NCBI GenBank assembly: GCA_043810355.1
Contig: JBDROB010000075.1
Span: 16,565 to 80,564 of the forward strand
DNA: 64,000 nucleotides
Direction: 5' to 3'
Source: Candidatus Woesearchaeota archaeon
GTDB taxonomy: Archaea; Nanobdellota; Nanobdellia; Woesearchaeales; JAGVYU01
Below the pieces are notes generated by a model. It made no database searches and had not been told where the DNA came from. It worked only from the letters and a program-made list of their open reading frames with translations. The translations under genes were made by a program, and so were the position numbers. How positions within the stretch are numbered: position 1 is the stretch's first letter; every line of letters begins with the position of its first letter. Shown one piece after another: positions 28,046 to 38,001 of the stretch.

Positions 28046-29447
28046 CAACATCAAATTCTTCTTTCCCAATTGATTTTGTTATTAACAAAATAATGAAATA
28101 TACTGCTCCAGCAATAGGTATAATAATCAGTATGTGTAAATTGATTATATAATAAATCAATACTGCCATTATTATTCCTGCAATTATCATCTTATAGCTC
28201 ATTTTAAACAAATTTAGTTTAAATCCATGTTTTGATGCAAAATAATAGAGCATGAAGAAATTGATCAATTGGGTTATCACTGTTGCTATTGCTGCCCCAT
28301 ATAGACTGAGTGTAGGAATAAGCAAGAAATTAAGCATTATATTTATTACTACAGCTATTCCTGAAACAATTGCAAATAATTTTTGTTTATTGATGGAATT
28401 CAACAGGTATCCTATTACATAATTTAAGAATACAAATAATTCTGCCCAGATCAATATCTGCAATGCAAGGCTTGATTGTGCAAACTCAATTTTATACACG
28501 AATTCAATAAGCCTTGCTGCCAAGAATGTTGTTCCAATAGATATTGGTATTGCTAGCATCATCATATACTTGAATGTCCTTTCAAAAGTGATTTTCAGGT
28601 ATTCCTTGTTTTCCTTGAAGAATTTTGACATTGCTGGATATACTGCCAATAATCCGACTATTGGTATAAATGAAAGCCCATCAATAAGTTTGTATGCTGC
28701 ATTATACCAGCCTACAACTGCATAATCTGTGATAAATCCAAGCATTACAGTGTCTATTCTGAAATAGATGACTAGAAATATGTTTGTTGCAAGAAATGGA
28801 AAAGATTTCTTTAGCAGATATATCCAGAATTCCTTTTCATATTGGAATTTGATCAGTCCAAGCTTGATTGATGTGATAATAAATGAAAAAATTACTGAGA
28901 TAAAACTTCCTGCCATTATTCCAAAAAACAGACCTAAGATTCCATAACCACTAAACAATACCCATATCACAATTAAGAATACTGCTATCCTTTCAACTAA
29001 TTTAAACAATGCATCAAATGCAGTCTTTTGAAGAGAAATAAAAGCAACACAAAACACATACAATATCTGTATCAGGAATAAGGAAATACTTCCTAAAAAA
29101 ATCAGGAAGACCATTTGGTTTGAAAGATTTGACAGCTTTGCTATGATTGTAGCAGCTAGTACAACAATAACTCCTGCAAAAAGTCTTATTGTTAAGATAT
29201 TGTTTGTATATTTTCTTACTTTGCTTTCATCCCTTGCAACCTCTCTTATCATGAATGTCTCTAAGCCAAGGTCAATGAAAACTATAAACAGGCTTACAAA
29301 GGCAAAAGCAAAGCTGTATTGGCCTAAACCTTCATCCCCAAGATACCTGGCAATCAATACAACAAGAACAAATGATAATATATGCCTCATTATGTTTGAT
29401 GTGAACAATATCACTGCATTTCCAGCAATCCTTTTTGAATGTGACAT
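28017..29447 (-). CDS. Wzx/AglR-like oligosaccharide flippase (MOP superfamily polysaccharide biosynthesis protein).
   Basis: 14 predicted TM segments. Wzx-like N-terminal 'GNAVILFTSNIMRHILSFVLVVLIARYLGDEGLGQY'. Confidence 0.7.
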   Translation of the reverse strand: MSHSKRIAGNAVILFTSNIMRHILSFVLVVLIARYLGDEGLGQYSFAFAFVSLFIVFIDLGLETFMIREVARDESKVRKYTNNILTIRLFAGVIVVLAATIIAKLSNLSNQMVFLIFLGSISLFLIQILYVFCVAFISLQKTAFDALFKLVERIAVFLIVIWVLFSGYGILGLFFGIMAGSFISVIFSFIITSIKLGLIKFQYEKEFWIYLLKKSFPFLATNIFLVIYFRIDTVMLGFITDYAVVGWYNAAYKLIDGLSFIPIVGLLAVYPAMSKFFKENKEYLKITFERTFKYMMMLAIPISIGTTFLAARLIEFVYKIEFAQSSLALQILIWAELFVFLNYVIGYLLNSINKQKLFAIVSGIAVVINIMLNFLLIPTLSLYGAAIATVITQLINFFMLYYFASKHGFKLNLFKMSYKMIIAGIIMAVLIYYIINLHILIIIPIAGAVYFIILLITKSIGKEEFDVVKQFFHKSP

Positions 29448-29452
29448 TTTAA

Positions 29453-30553
29453 TTACTTCCCAAGAATCCTCTCAGCCTCACCAATTACATCTTCAACATT
29501 TATCTCTTGTATACAGGAACAGTCCTTATTGTACCTGCCATACATGTCATAGCAAAGCCTTTTTTTCTGCCCTGCTGCGACCACCTTTGCCTTTTCTGGC
29601 GAAAACCTTTTTGGAGGAGTCGGCCCGAATATGGCTATCTGAGGGATTTTCATAGCAGCAGCAATATGCATCAATCCTGTATCATGGGATATGAACAGAT
29701 CACATTTTCCAATGACTGCTGCGCTAACTTTCAGGCTTAATTTTCCGCTTAAGTCTGTTGGTTTTTTCTTCATAAGCTTCATGATATCATTTATTATATC
29801 AGAGTCTTCTTTTGATCCAAAAAATATTATATTGTTTTTCTCAATCAATTTATTGCAGATCTTGGCATATTTTGGTTTTGGCAGCCTTTTTGAGTCCATC
29901 TCTTGCCCTGGATTCTTTGCCCCCCCTGGAGCAATCCCAATTAATGTTCTCTTTGTTTTTGCTTTTCTTACAATTTCATCTGCTTCATTATTTTCTTCAG
30001 GAGAGATAGATATCTCCATCTGTTTGCTTATATTTCCAATCTTAAGCAATCCTAATAATGAATTGTTATAATCAAGCTCATACTCCTCTCCTTTGAATTT
30101 TACACTAAGATTATGTGCAAATCCCTCTCCTTTTCTGTCAAAGCCAATCCTGTATTTCACCCTGCAGAAGTAAGCAAATAATCCCCATAACCATGATTTG
30201 TCAAAAACAATGCATAAATCATATTTTTTCCCCCTCAGCTCTTTGATCAGTTTTATGATCCCACCAATTTTTGGTTTTCTGATGATTTCCTCATCAAATC
30301 CAATGATTTCATCAATATGATTATTTCCTTCTAACACTTTTCTTGAATAATTCCCAACTAGATAATCAATTTTAGATTTTGGATATTTCTCAGCTAATGC
30401 TTTGATTGCAGGAGTTGTCATCATCACATCTCCAATGCTTGCAGACCTGATCAGCAGTATTTTCTCAGGATCAAAACCTTCCTTAATCTTTCTTTTCTTG
30501 AAAATAAACATCATATTTCCAATTATTCCTACTGTTCTATTTAGCAGACTCAT
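29453..30553 (-). CDS. GT9-family glycosyltransferase (ADP-heptose:acceptor heptosyltransferase-like).
   Basis: 'ILLIRSASIGDVMMTTPAIKALAEKYPKSKIDYLV' GT9 N-domain. C-terminal 'SHDTGLMHIAAAM'. Confidence 0.75.
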   Translation of the reverse strand: MSLLNRTVGIIGNMMFIFKKRKIKEGFDPEKILLIRSASIGDVMMTTPAIKALAEKYPKSKIDYLVGNYSRKVLEGNNHIDEIIGFDEEIIRKPKIGGIIKLIKELRGKKYDLCIVFDKSWLWGLFAYFCRVKYRIGFDRKGEGFAHNLSVKFKGEEYELDYNNSLLGLLKIGNISKQMEISISPEENNEADEIVRKAKTKRTLIGIAPGGAKNPGQEMDSKRLPKPKYAKICNKLIEKNNIIFFGSKEDSDIINDIMKLMKKKPTDLSGKLSLKVSAAVIGKCDLFISHDTGLMHIAAAMKIPQIAIFGPTPPKRFSPEKAKVVAAGQKKRLCYDMYGRYNKDCSCIQEINVEDVIGEAERILGK

Positions 30554-31145
30554 CTTCCATATCCTTCATCTTCTCAAGGCCTAAAAATATTGCTCCAGGA
30601 ACAATACCTGAATTGAGAGTTGAATTCTTCAGGTTTTCAAGAACCTCTTCTTTTGTCATTTCCATGACTGTAATATCTTCAGTCTGATCAAGCTTTTGTT
30701 CACTGACTTTCTCAGCTCCAGTTGCAAAAAATATATGGCACACACTTCTTGTTGCAGTTGGGTCAAGAAATATTGTGCCAATCTTTTCAATCTTTTCATA
30801 TTTATATCCTGTTTCTTCAAGCACTTCTCTCTTTGCTGCTTCTTCAGGAGTCTCTCCATCATCGATCATGCCTGCTGGAATCTCGTGTATCTCTTCTTGC
30901 GCTCCATGCTTGTATTGTTTTAATATCAATATCTTGTTTTGTTTGGTCAAGCAAAAAACAATCACAGAATCTGGTCTTTCAATTATATAATAATCTTCAA
31001 TTATTTTGTTATTGGGTAATCTAATCTTCTCTCTTTTCACATTCACCCATTTGTTCTGGACTAAATATTCAGATTCAAGCACTTTCCATTTTCCATTATC
31101 TTCTTTATCTGCCATATTCATATCCTTCCTATGATTCTCCACCAT
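30537..31145 (-). CDS. NUDIX hydrolase (ADP-ribose / ADP-sugar pyrophosphatase-like). The start is probably the internal Met at ~31115.
   Basis: Nudix box 'GMIDDGETPEEAAKREVLEETG'. Confidence 0.75.
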   Translation of the reverse strand: MVENHRKDMNMADKEDNGKWKVLESEYLVQNKWVNVKREKIRLPNNKIIEDYYIIERPDSVIVFCLTKQNKILILKQYKHGAQEEIHEIPAGMIDDGETPEEAAKREVLEETGYKYEKIEKIGTIFLDPTATRSVCHIFFATGAEKVSEQKLDQTEDITVMEMTKEEVLENLKNSTLNSGIVPGAIFLGLEKMKDMEDESAK

Positions 31146-31837
31146 TTGAGCTTTAATACCATTATATATCCTTTGTATAATTGTTTGAACCCTAGTTTTG
31201 ATTTTCCTAGTTCCCTTTCTACAAAATGTATAGGGACTTCACAGATCTTAAATCCTTTAAGATGTGTCTTGTAAAGCATCTCTTGCACAATTGATGGCCC
31301 CTGAGAAACCATTTTGTCCAATTCAATTGATTCAAGCACTTCTCTTTTGAAAAACCTATAGCCTGAGTTGCAATCTCTTGCTTTTATCCCTAGTATTATC
31401 TGTATATAAAGATTTGCTAATATTGTAATAATCCTTCTCAATAATGGCCTTCCGATATCCTTACCTCCCTTTACTAGTCTAGACCCTAATACGATATCGC
31501 ATTCTTTTATCTTTTCAAGCAGGTCTGGGATATATTTTGGATTATGTGAATAGTCAGCATCCATCTCACCCACAACATCAGCTCCCTTTGATAAAGCATA
31601 TTTGAATCCAGCTATTCCTGCAGTCCCTCTTCCTCTTTCTGTTGTCCTTGTGATCAGATGTATCTTTTTGCTTTTCTTCTGCATCTTTTGAACAAGACCA
31701 GACGTGCCATCAGGGCTATTATCATCAACTACAACAATCTCTATGTCTAGTTGAATCAATTCATTAAGAAGATTCTGAATATTCTCTGATTCATTGTATG
31801 TTGGTACTATTACAAATGCTTTCATTTCTTCCCCCAA
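31118..31837 (-). CDS. GT2 glycosyltransferase (Dpm1-like polyprenyl-phosphate hexose synthase).
   Basis: 'FVIVPTYNESENI...VVVDDNSPDGT...GEMDADYSH'. Confidence 0.8.
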   Translation of the reverse strand: MGEEMKAFVIVPTYNESENIQNLLNELIQLDIEIVVVDDNSPDGTSGLVQKMQKKSKKIHLITRTTERGRGTAGIAGFKYALSKGADVVGEMDADYSHNPKYIPDLLEKIKECDIVLGSRLVKGGKDIGRPLLRRIITILANLYIQIILGIKARDCNSGYRFFKREVLESIELDKMVSQGPSIVQEMLYKTHLKGFKICEVPIHFVERELGKSKLGFKQLYKGYIMVLKLKWWRIIGRI

Positions 31838-31882
31838 ATAAAAAATTGAAGATTAAACATATTAATTTTTATAAATTTCATA

Positions 31883-32935
31883 CTATCTCTCCAATATCTT
31901 TTTCACAGCATCAAACAATATATCAACTGTTATCAATTCCATGCATTTAATTTTTTCATCACAATCCATCAGATAGCAAACCAAGCAGTCTTTATTCGGA
32001 ATAATTTTTATCCCATTTCCATACATCTCAATCTCAGCAGCAGGAGTCGGCCCAAAAAAGCTCACAACTTTCTTATCCTGAGCAATTCCTAAATGCATTC
32101 CAAGTGTATCGCTGGCCACAACAGCATCACATAAGTTAATGAGTGCAGCAAACTCAAGCAGTAAATTTTCACATCCTGCATCAATTATTTTCTCATTGAC
32201 CAAATCCATTATCATGCTGTTCCTTTCAACCTCATCAGGCCCTCCAAATAATATCACTTTAGCACCTAATTCTGAAATCAATCTATCAGCAAGCTCAGCT
32301 GTCTTCTCTTCACTTATCCTTTTATATTTCCATCTTCCTCCTGCACCAGTATTCAGTCCAATTATCAGATTATCTTCATTAATTCCATTTTTCTCTGAAA
32401 AACTCTTTGCAAACTCTCTCTCACTGTCTGAATACTTCACTAAAGGTTTATTCAATCCAATATCAAGTATTTCTGCAATATGCTTCTGATATGATTTTTT
32501 GTTCTCTGCTTTGAGTTGGTCTGCTTTCTCTTTTCCACCTTTCTCATCAGGTCTTAACAATCCCATCCCAAACCATTGTTCAGAATCATCTGTATATTTC
32601 CTTTCACCATCAGGATCAAGGTATGCTCCAGTTATTTTCTTGCTTTTTACAGAACTTGCCAATTCACACATTGCTTTTTCATCATCTAAAGAAACAACCA
32701 TATCATACTCATTTGTTAGCTTGTATTTAGTATCCCTATTAAATGCGATTTTCTCATCAATAAGATCAATATTTTTTATCAAGTCAAGATTAAATTTTGA
32801 AGTCACCCATGTAATCTCACAATCCTTATATTTTTCCTTTAGTCCAGGAAGTATAAATGTAGTCCTGACTACATCACCTGATGCTCCACATTTTATTATT
32901 AAAATTCTAAAATCCCCCATAGGTATAAAGAACAA
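31883..32935 (-). CDS. GT9-family glycosyltransferase (heptosyltransferase-like), second copy.
   Basis: 'ILIIKCGASGDVVRTTFILPGLKEKY'. C-terminal 'ASDTLGMHLGIA'. Confidence 0.7.
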   Translation of the reverse strand: MFFIPMGDFRILIIKCGASGDVVRTTFILPGLKEKYKDCEITWVTSKFNLDLIKNIDLIDEKIAFNRDTKYKLTNEYDMVVSLDDEKAMCELASSVKSKKITGAYLDPDGERKYTDDSEQWFGMGLLRPDEKGGKEKADQLKAENKKSYQKHIAEILDIGLNKPLVKYSDSEREFAKSFSEKNGINEDNLIIGLNTGAGGRWKYKRISEEKTAELADRLISELGAKVILFGGPDEVERNSMIMDLVNEKIIDAGCENLLLEFAALINLCDAVVASDTLGMHLGIAQDKKVVSFFGPTPAAEIEMYGNGIKIIPNKDCLVCYLMDCDEKIKCMELITVDILFDAVKKILER

Positions 32936-32989
32936 TATATTAATTATAAATGTTTCTAATAATCAAAAGTTAGATTTCAACAAAAAATA

Positions 32990-33460
32990 TTAGAACATCA
33001 CTTTCTTATACCTGAAATAATCAATTATTATCAATAATAAATAAATATTCCCTAAAAGCAGTATATAGAATAAATATTCTGCAATATAAAAACTGCCGAA
33101 TGAGACAACAGTCCAGCTGAATGGCAGTAATATCATTGCATGGTTGAATGAAGCTACATTTAGTATGTCTATGATGACATGCCCTATCCATCCTATTGTA
33201 ATCAATGAAAATGATTTAAAATAATTGTATTTGAAAAAGAATGGGATTAACAATGATATTATGATTAGTGAAAATGGCTGATGGAATCCTACTAATAACC
33301 ATTCTGTGTTCTCTGGAATTTTAAAAAATAGGCTTAGATGATATATCTGGAAAATAATATCTGGAAGGATCGCTCCTAACAAGACCAGGCTTTTCTTCTT
33401 TACTCTGAATAATTTTGCAATTATCAATCCTAGCAATAGATGTGATATCCAGTCAGGCAT
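32990..33460 (-). CDS. Membrane-bound metal-dependent hydrolase-like protein (YdjM/DUF457-like).
   Basis: 'MPDWISHLLLGLIIAKLF...LLGAILPD'. 4-5 TM segments. Confidence 0.4.
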   Translation of the reverse strand: MPDWISHLLLGLIIAKLFRVKKKSLVLLGAILPDIIFQIYHLSLFFKIPENTEWLLVGFHQPFSLIIISLLIPFFFKYNYFKSFSLITIGWIGHVIIDILNVASFNHAMILLPFSWTVVSFGSFYIAEYLFYILLLGNIYLLLIIIDYFRYKKVMF

Positions 33461-33929
33461 TTTTCCCCTTGTTAAAAAATATTGGAATCTTAAATCTTTT
33501 TAGTTTAACTTTCCACTCATAAAAGAATATGATCAAGAATCCAATCAATCCGATTATAGATAGTCCATACATTAGGCTGTCCTTCTCAAACATTAGGAAC
33601 TCTTCTTCAATCACTGCTCCATTCTCAACAGTTCCTCTTATCATCACCTGTCTTACAGAATCATCATTCTTTCTCTGATTTCCAAATATTTTTATTTTTT
33701 CAGAATTATATGAGACATAATATTCTGTTTCATTTATCTCTTCTAAATACCCCCATATCTCTACTTTCATATTCTCATATTTTGACGGATTTTTATTAAT
33801 GTCAGAAATTGAGGGAAAATATTTGTCATGCTCTAAAAATATATAATATGAACTGGCTAATAGGATTCCTATTCCCAATATCACAAAAATACCTATATAT
33901 TTACTTACCATCATATATTTACTTACCAT
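33453..33929 (-). CDS. Hypothetical membrane-anchored protein (two N-terminal TM segments plus a soluble domain).
   Basis: ORF and hydropathy. Confidence 0.45.
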   Translation of the reverse strand: MVSKYMMVSKYIGIFVILGIGILLASSYYIFLEHDKYFPSISDINKNPSKYENMKVEIWGYLEEINETEYYVSYNSEKIKIFGNQRKNDDSVRQVMIRGTVENGAVIEEEFLMFEKDSLMYGLSIIGLIGFLIIFFYEWKVKLKRFKIPIFFNKGKNA

Positions 33930-33981
33930 ATTACTAGTTTTTTAGTCATATTTAAATAATTTAACCTTTTTACTCATTATA

Positions 33982-35547
33982 ATGAAATCCAAACATATCC
34001 ATATCTTATTAATAACAATCCTTTATCTTTTCACTATATTCACCTGGACCCAGCCTATAAGAACAAATGAAATCCCTTTTGGCCAGGTTGATGCATCATC
34101 TCATTTTACAGTTGCAGATTACACTTCATCTTATGATCAGCCAATAACAGATCTGCCAAAATACATCTATTACAGATATGGATTAGACAATACTTACAAA
34201 GAGAACACTCTTTGGTATCATCCTCCATACCACCTAAACCTTGCCCTCATTCAGATATTCACAAACAGTCGTTTTCTTTCATTCTACATATTTATAGCAA
34301 TCCTCTGCTCATTGGTAGTATTGATCAATTATTTCATAATAAACAGATGGTATGGGTTCTGGCATGCATTCCTATCTTCTGTTTTAGTTGCATTTGCAGG
34401 TAGAAATGTTCTTGTCTACCTTTTCGGCCAATGGCCAGAAAGAATTTCTTATTTCTTCACTCCAATCATTATTTACCTATTCTATATGTATTTCATAAAT
34501 TACAAAAAAAAGGAAGAAAAGACCATTTACATGTATCTTCTAGCAATCCTGCTTGCCATAAACCTCTTGCTCCATCCAATGGGATTTTTCCATTCAATTG
34601 CAGCATTGGCAATAATCTATCTTTTATTGGCATTAAAAGAAAAAAAGATTTTCATTATCAACTTAAAAACATTGATTCTGCCAATAATAACTTTCTTAAT
34701 CATAATTGCAATATTCCCTTATCAGACTGGTAATGTCATAAAGAGCTTCCAAGGATCTCCAAGTATAGAAGGGACTAGTGGTGATATAAGCAGGTTATTC
34801 TCATGGTTTAAAAAACCAGATAATCTTGGAGGTGTTCCAGAGATTTATTTCTCATTTGCTGATATGAATGGCATTTGGATCATACCTTTGATATTGATAG
34901 GAATTATCTTCCTTGTATTAAGAAGAAAAACCCAAGATATTTTCATGCTTGGCTGGCTCATCTCATTATACATAGTGATTCATGCAGATGTTATTGGCAA
35001 AGGCCCTTTTGTACATCGTTCTTTGGCAGCTTCTAACATGGTTTTTGCACCGCTAGCAGCAATAGGGATTTTAGCAATAATCTCATTTATTCCATTAGCA
35101 AAACAAAAAAGACAAATTGTAAAATATGGTCTAATCACAGCCTTCATCATTCTTGCTATAATCTATAATATAATCCCTTCAATAAGCATGCTTAACACTT
35201 TTTATGAATCACCTCTATCAAGACTTAATCCATTTCAATTTGAAGTTTCTCAATGGTTGACAGCCAACACAGATAAAGATGATGTAATCCTTGATCTTGG
35301 CACATCTTCATTGGCAAAGCAGCGCTGGATGCAGTACATATCTCAGAGACATTTTAATGGAATCAATATTGAGGAATTAGAGCAAGGGATTCCAAATACT
35401 CATGTTATATATGATTACAGTGATCTTGTTCTTATGGGTGATCGGAACACATTTGATCAATTAGTCTCAAATGAACAACAGAACTTCAATAATTCACAGC
35501 CAATCTACAATAAAGAAAACATCAGGGTGTATAGAATTGAAAATTGA
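33982..35547 (+). CDS. GT-C-like polytopic membrane protein (putative glycosyltransferase).
   Basis: First-loop acidic residues 'QVDASSHFTVADY'. '...WYHPPYHLNL...SLVVLINYFIINRWYGFWHAFLSSVLVA' arrangement like ArnT/PMT_2. Confidence 0.45.
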   Translation: MKSKHIHILLITILYLFTIFTWTQPIRTNEIPFGQVDASSHFTVADYTSSYDQPITDLPKYIYYRYGLDNTYKENTLWYHPPYHLNLALIQIFTNSRFLSFYIFIAILCSLVVLINYFIINRWYGFWHAFLSSVLVAFAGRNVLVYLFGQWPERISYFFTPIIIYLFYMYFINYKKKEEKTIYMYLLAILLAINLLLHPMGFFHSIAALAIIYLLLALKEKKIFIINLKTLILPIITFLIIIAIFPYQTGNVIKSFQGSPSIEGTSGDISRLFSWFKKPDNLGGVPEIYFSFADMNGIWIIPLILIGIIFLVLRRKTQDIFMLGWLISLYIVIHADVIGKGPFVHRSLAASNMVFAPLAAIGILAIISFIPLAKQKRQIVKYGLITAFIILAIIYNIIPSISMLNTFYESPLSRLNPFQFEVSQWLTANTDKDDVILDLGTSSLAKQRWMQYISQRHFNGINIEELEQGIPNTHVIYDYSDLVLMGDRNTFDQLVSNEQQNFNNSQPIYNKENIRVYRIEN

Positions 35548-35869
35548 CAACACGACATTTAACATAGGATTAGCACTAATTATTGCAGTATTTTCATTAG
35601 TCACATTTGGATTAACAGGATTGCTCACAATAATCATCATCTTCCTTTTCTTCATCCTCCCATTCTATATCATCCTAAAAAACACAGACCTAGAAAAAGA
35701 CGAAAAGCTTTTCCTGCCTTTCTTCATAGGAATAGGATTGTTCTCAACAATAACATATTATTTGGCATTCCCTTTGAACTCAATAAAAGTGGCTGCCGTG
35801 CTTACTTTTATCTTGCTAATTTTATCTGGATTTGTAGCCAATAAATTACTACTTAAAAAGTCAGATTAA
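35535..35869 (+). CDS. Hypothetical small membrane protein. It has no in-frame ATG downstream of the overlap, so a TTG start is assumed.
   Basis: Strongly hydrophobic ORF 35471-35869 overlapping the preceding gene. Confidence 0.3.
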
Positions 35870-35936
35870 ATAGGTGTGATATTCAATAAATTTGGAGTTC
35901 TAAAAATTTAAAAATTGATAAATAATAATAAAATTA

Positions 35937-36329
35937 TTACTGATTCATTAAAAGCGTTCTAAATTTTTCCAAACCTGCGTTGGAATAAGCATGATATCCA
36001 TAATCAGGGTTATATCTTTTATCATTTGGACTTTCCATAGCTCCCTTACGAAGTTCAATTGTTGCAACGCTATCACCTTCTCCAATTGGGAAATCTCTTG
36101 CCACAATCTCTGCTAATTTATCAAATTTAGCATCATCTTCAAAATACTGATGCCAATGAGATTGACGTCTTTCCCCTATAACTCTTCCATCTCTCTTTAT
36201 TTCACAATATACTGTTGCTCCATAATCATCAGGATCAAAGAGATCAAAACCATTTTTCCAATAAATAATATATTCTTTTGTCATCTTATTTTCATGTTCT
36301 GTCATTTTTACCATCTTACCGTTTATCAT
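35937..36329 (-). CDS. Hypothetical cytoplasmic protein (130 aa).
   Basis: ORF, second gene of a two-gene minus-strand unit divergent from the TrmB regulator. Confidence 0.5.
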   Translation of the reverse strand: MINGKMVKMTEHENKMTKEYIIYWKNGFDLFDPDDYGATVYCEIKRDGRVIGERRQSHWHQYFEDDAKFDKLAEIVARDFPIGEGDSVATIELRKGAMESPNDKRYNPDYGYHAYSNAGLEKFRTLLMNQ

Positions 36330-36358
36330 TCATAAATCATCTAACTTCAACCTTACTT

Positions 36359-36736
36359 TTAAAATCTATTATATCGAATCAAGACTCTACCTTCATTTAA
36401 CTCAACTCTAATAGGGATTCCATCTTTCAATCTTCCTTCAAGTACTTGGTCAACTTCTTTGATTTCTTCCATAATCTCTTTAGGAAAAATTGGTCCTTCA
36501 TATTCAGGTCTTTTCATAATTTCTGATATAAAATTTGATAGGTAATTAAATACAGTTCCACATTGTTCATTAGGAACTCCTTTTAATCTATCATCTATAA
36601 AGAATCCATTTACGTCATGATAGAAAAAGGAACCAATTAATTGAACCGGATCAGGGTCAATAACCATCCTTATACCAGAATTTCTTAACATATCTATCTC
36701 ATTTAATGCTCTTATCAAGTCATCCATTCTCTCCAC
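36359..36736 (-). CDS. Hypothetical cytoplasmic protein (125 aa).
   Basis: ORF, first gene of the same unit. Confidence 0.5.
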   Translation of the reverse strand: MERMDDLIRALNEIDMLRNSGIRMVIDPDPVQLIGSFFYHDVNGFFIDDRLKGVPNEQCGTVFNYLSNFISEIMKRPEYEGPIFPKEIMEEIKEVDQVLEGRLKDGIPIRVELNEGRVLIRYNRF

Positions 36737-36871
36737 CTCTGCAAACCAACTCTTTGGTTGGTTTTGTCGTTGCTTACTAATTAGTGATGACCAACAAGAA
36801 CTTAAATAAGAGTGTCCTCCTACAGGACTACTTTAGTAAGATTTATATATAAAATCATAAAGAAAGCTAAT

Positions 36872-37630
36872 ATGCAGTTCCAAAATCTTAGAAGGATTGG
36901 CCTTACTGAAGGTGAAATCAAGGTATATGAAGCACTTCTTGAATTAGGTGAATGCACAAAGACTCTGCTTGCAAAGACTTCAGGTATCTCTCCATCAAAC
37001 ATCTATGATGTTACAAATAGATTGATAGAAAAAGGGATTATCTCAAAAGTTGAGAAAAATGGCATTTCACATTTTAGCCCTGCAAACCCAAACCATATCC
37101 TTAATTTCCTGAATGAGAAAGAAAATGAAATTGAAAAAGAAAAAGAATTCATTAATCAATTACTTCCTTCATTACTTTTAAAATTCAATGAATCCAAAGA
37201 AAAGATTAATGTTGAAGTTTTCCAAGGTTGGAATGGTATGAAGACTATCTTTCAGGATCTTATAGATGAATGCAATAAAGGGGACATTTGCAATGTATTT
37301 GGTGCCAGCAAAGGAGAAAGCGACAAGCAGGCTGATATGTTCTTTGTCAAATACTCAAGATTGAGAGAGAAAAAAGGAATAATAACCAACATTATTTTCA
37401 ACAAAGAATTAAAACAAAGAAAAGAGCGAATTGAATTTTTCCAAAAATCAAAATTTTACAATATCAGATTCCTTCAGCAATCAACTCCTGCAGAGATCAT
37501 GACTTACAAAAACAGATCCTGTATAATCATCCTGACAAAAGACCCTTTAATCATAAGGATTACTGGAAAAGAAGTGACTGATTCATTCAGTCAATACTTT
37601 GATGTTATGTGGGATACTGCTGCAAACTAA
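36872..37630 (+). CDS. TrmB-family transcriptional regulator (wHTH plus C-terminal sensing domain).
   Basis: 'LTEGEIKVYEALLELGECTKTLLAKTSGISPSNIYDVTNRLIEKGIISKV'. Confidence 0.75.
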   Translation: MQFQNLRRIGLTEGEIKVYEALLELGECTKTLLAKTSGISPSNIYDVTNRLIEKGIISKVEKNGISHFSPANPNHILNFLNEKENEIEKEKEFINQLLPSLLLKFNESKEKINVEVFQGWNGMKTIFQDLIDECNKGDICNVFGASKGESDKQADMFFVKYSRLREKKGIITNIIFNKELKQRKERIEFFQKSKFYNIRFLQQSTPAEIMTYKNRSCIIILTKDPLIIRITGKEVTDSFSQYFDVMWDTAAN

Positions 37631-37992
37631 TTCTTCCCAACAAATCTCAAAACCCACCAACTTCCCAACAAAACCAAAATAGGATAAACCAAAACATGCC
37701 ATTTAATATGCAATCCCATTATAGAAATATTATAACTAAATATTATAAATAATCCTAAACTTAATGCAGTCCCAACAACAAATCGTTCAAAAAAACCTAA
37801 CTTATCATGCCAATAATACATCATTGCTATTCCAGGAATAATAAAAAGCCAATATAATGAAACAACTGTTCTTAATATGACAAAAATGCTTTCCTTAAAG
37901 AACACAATCTTAAACAATACCAGACTAATTACTAACAGGATCAGAACATAAATTCCTTCATTCCTTATCTTATTCATCAGTTTCTCATCCAT
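37627..37992 (-). CDS. Hypothetical small membrane protein (4 TM).
   Basis: ORF and hydropathy. Confidence 0.45.
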   Translation of the reverse strand: MDEKLMNKIRNEGIYVLILLVISLVLFKIVFFKESIFVILRTVVSLYWLFIIPGIAMMYYWHDKLGFFERFVVGTALSLGLFIIFSYNISIMGLHIKWHVLVYPILVLLGSWWVLRFVGKN

Positions 37993-38001
37993 TTATATTA
38001 C

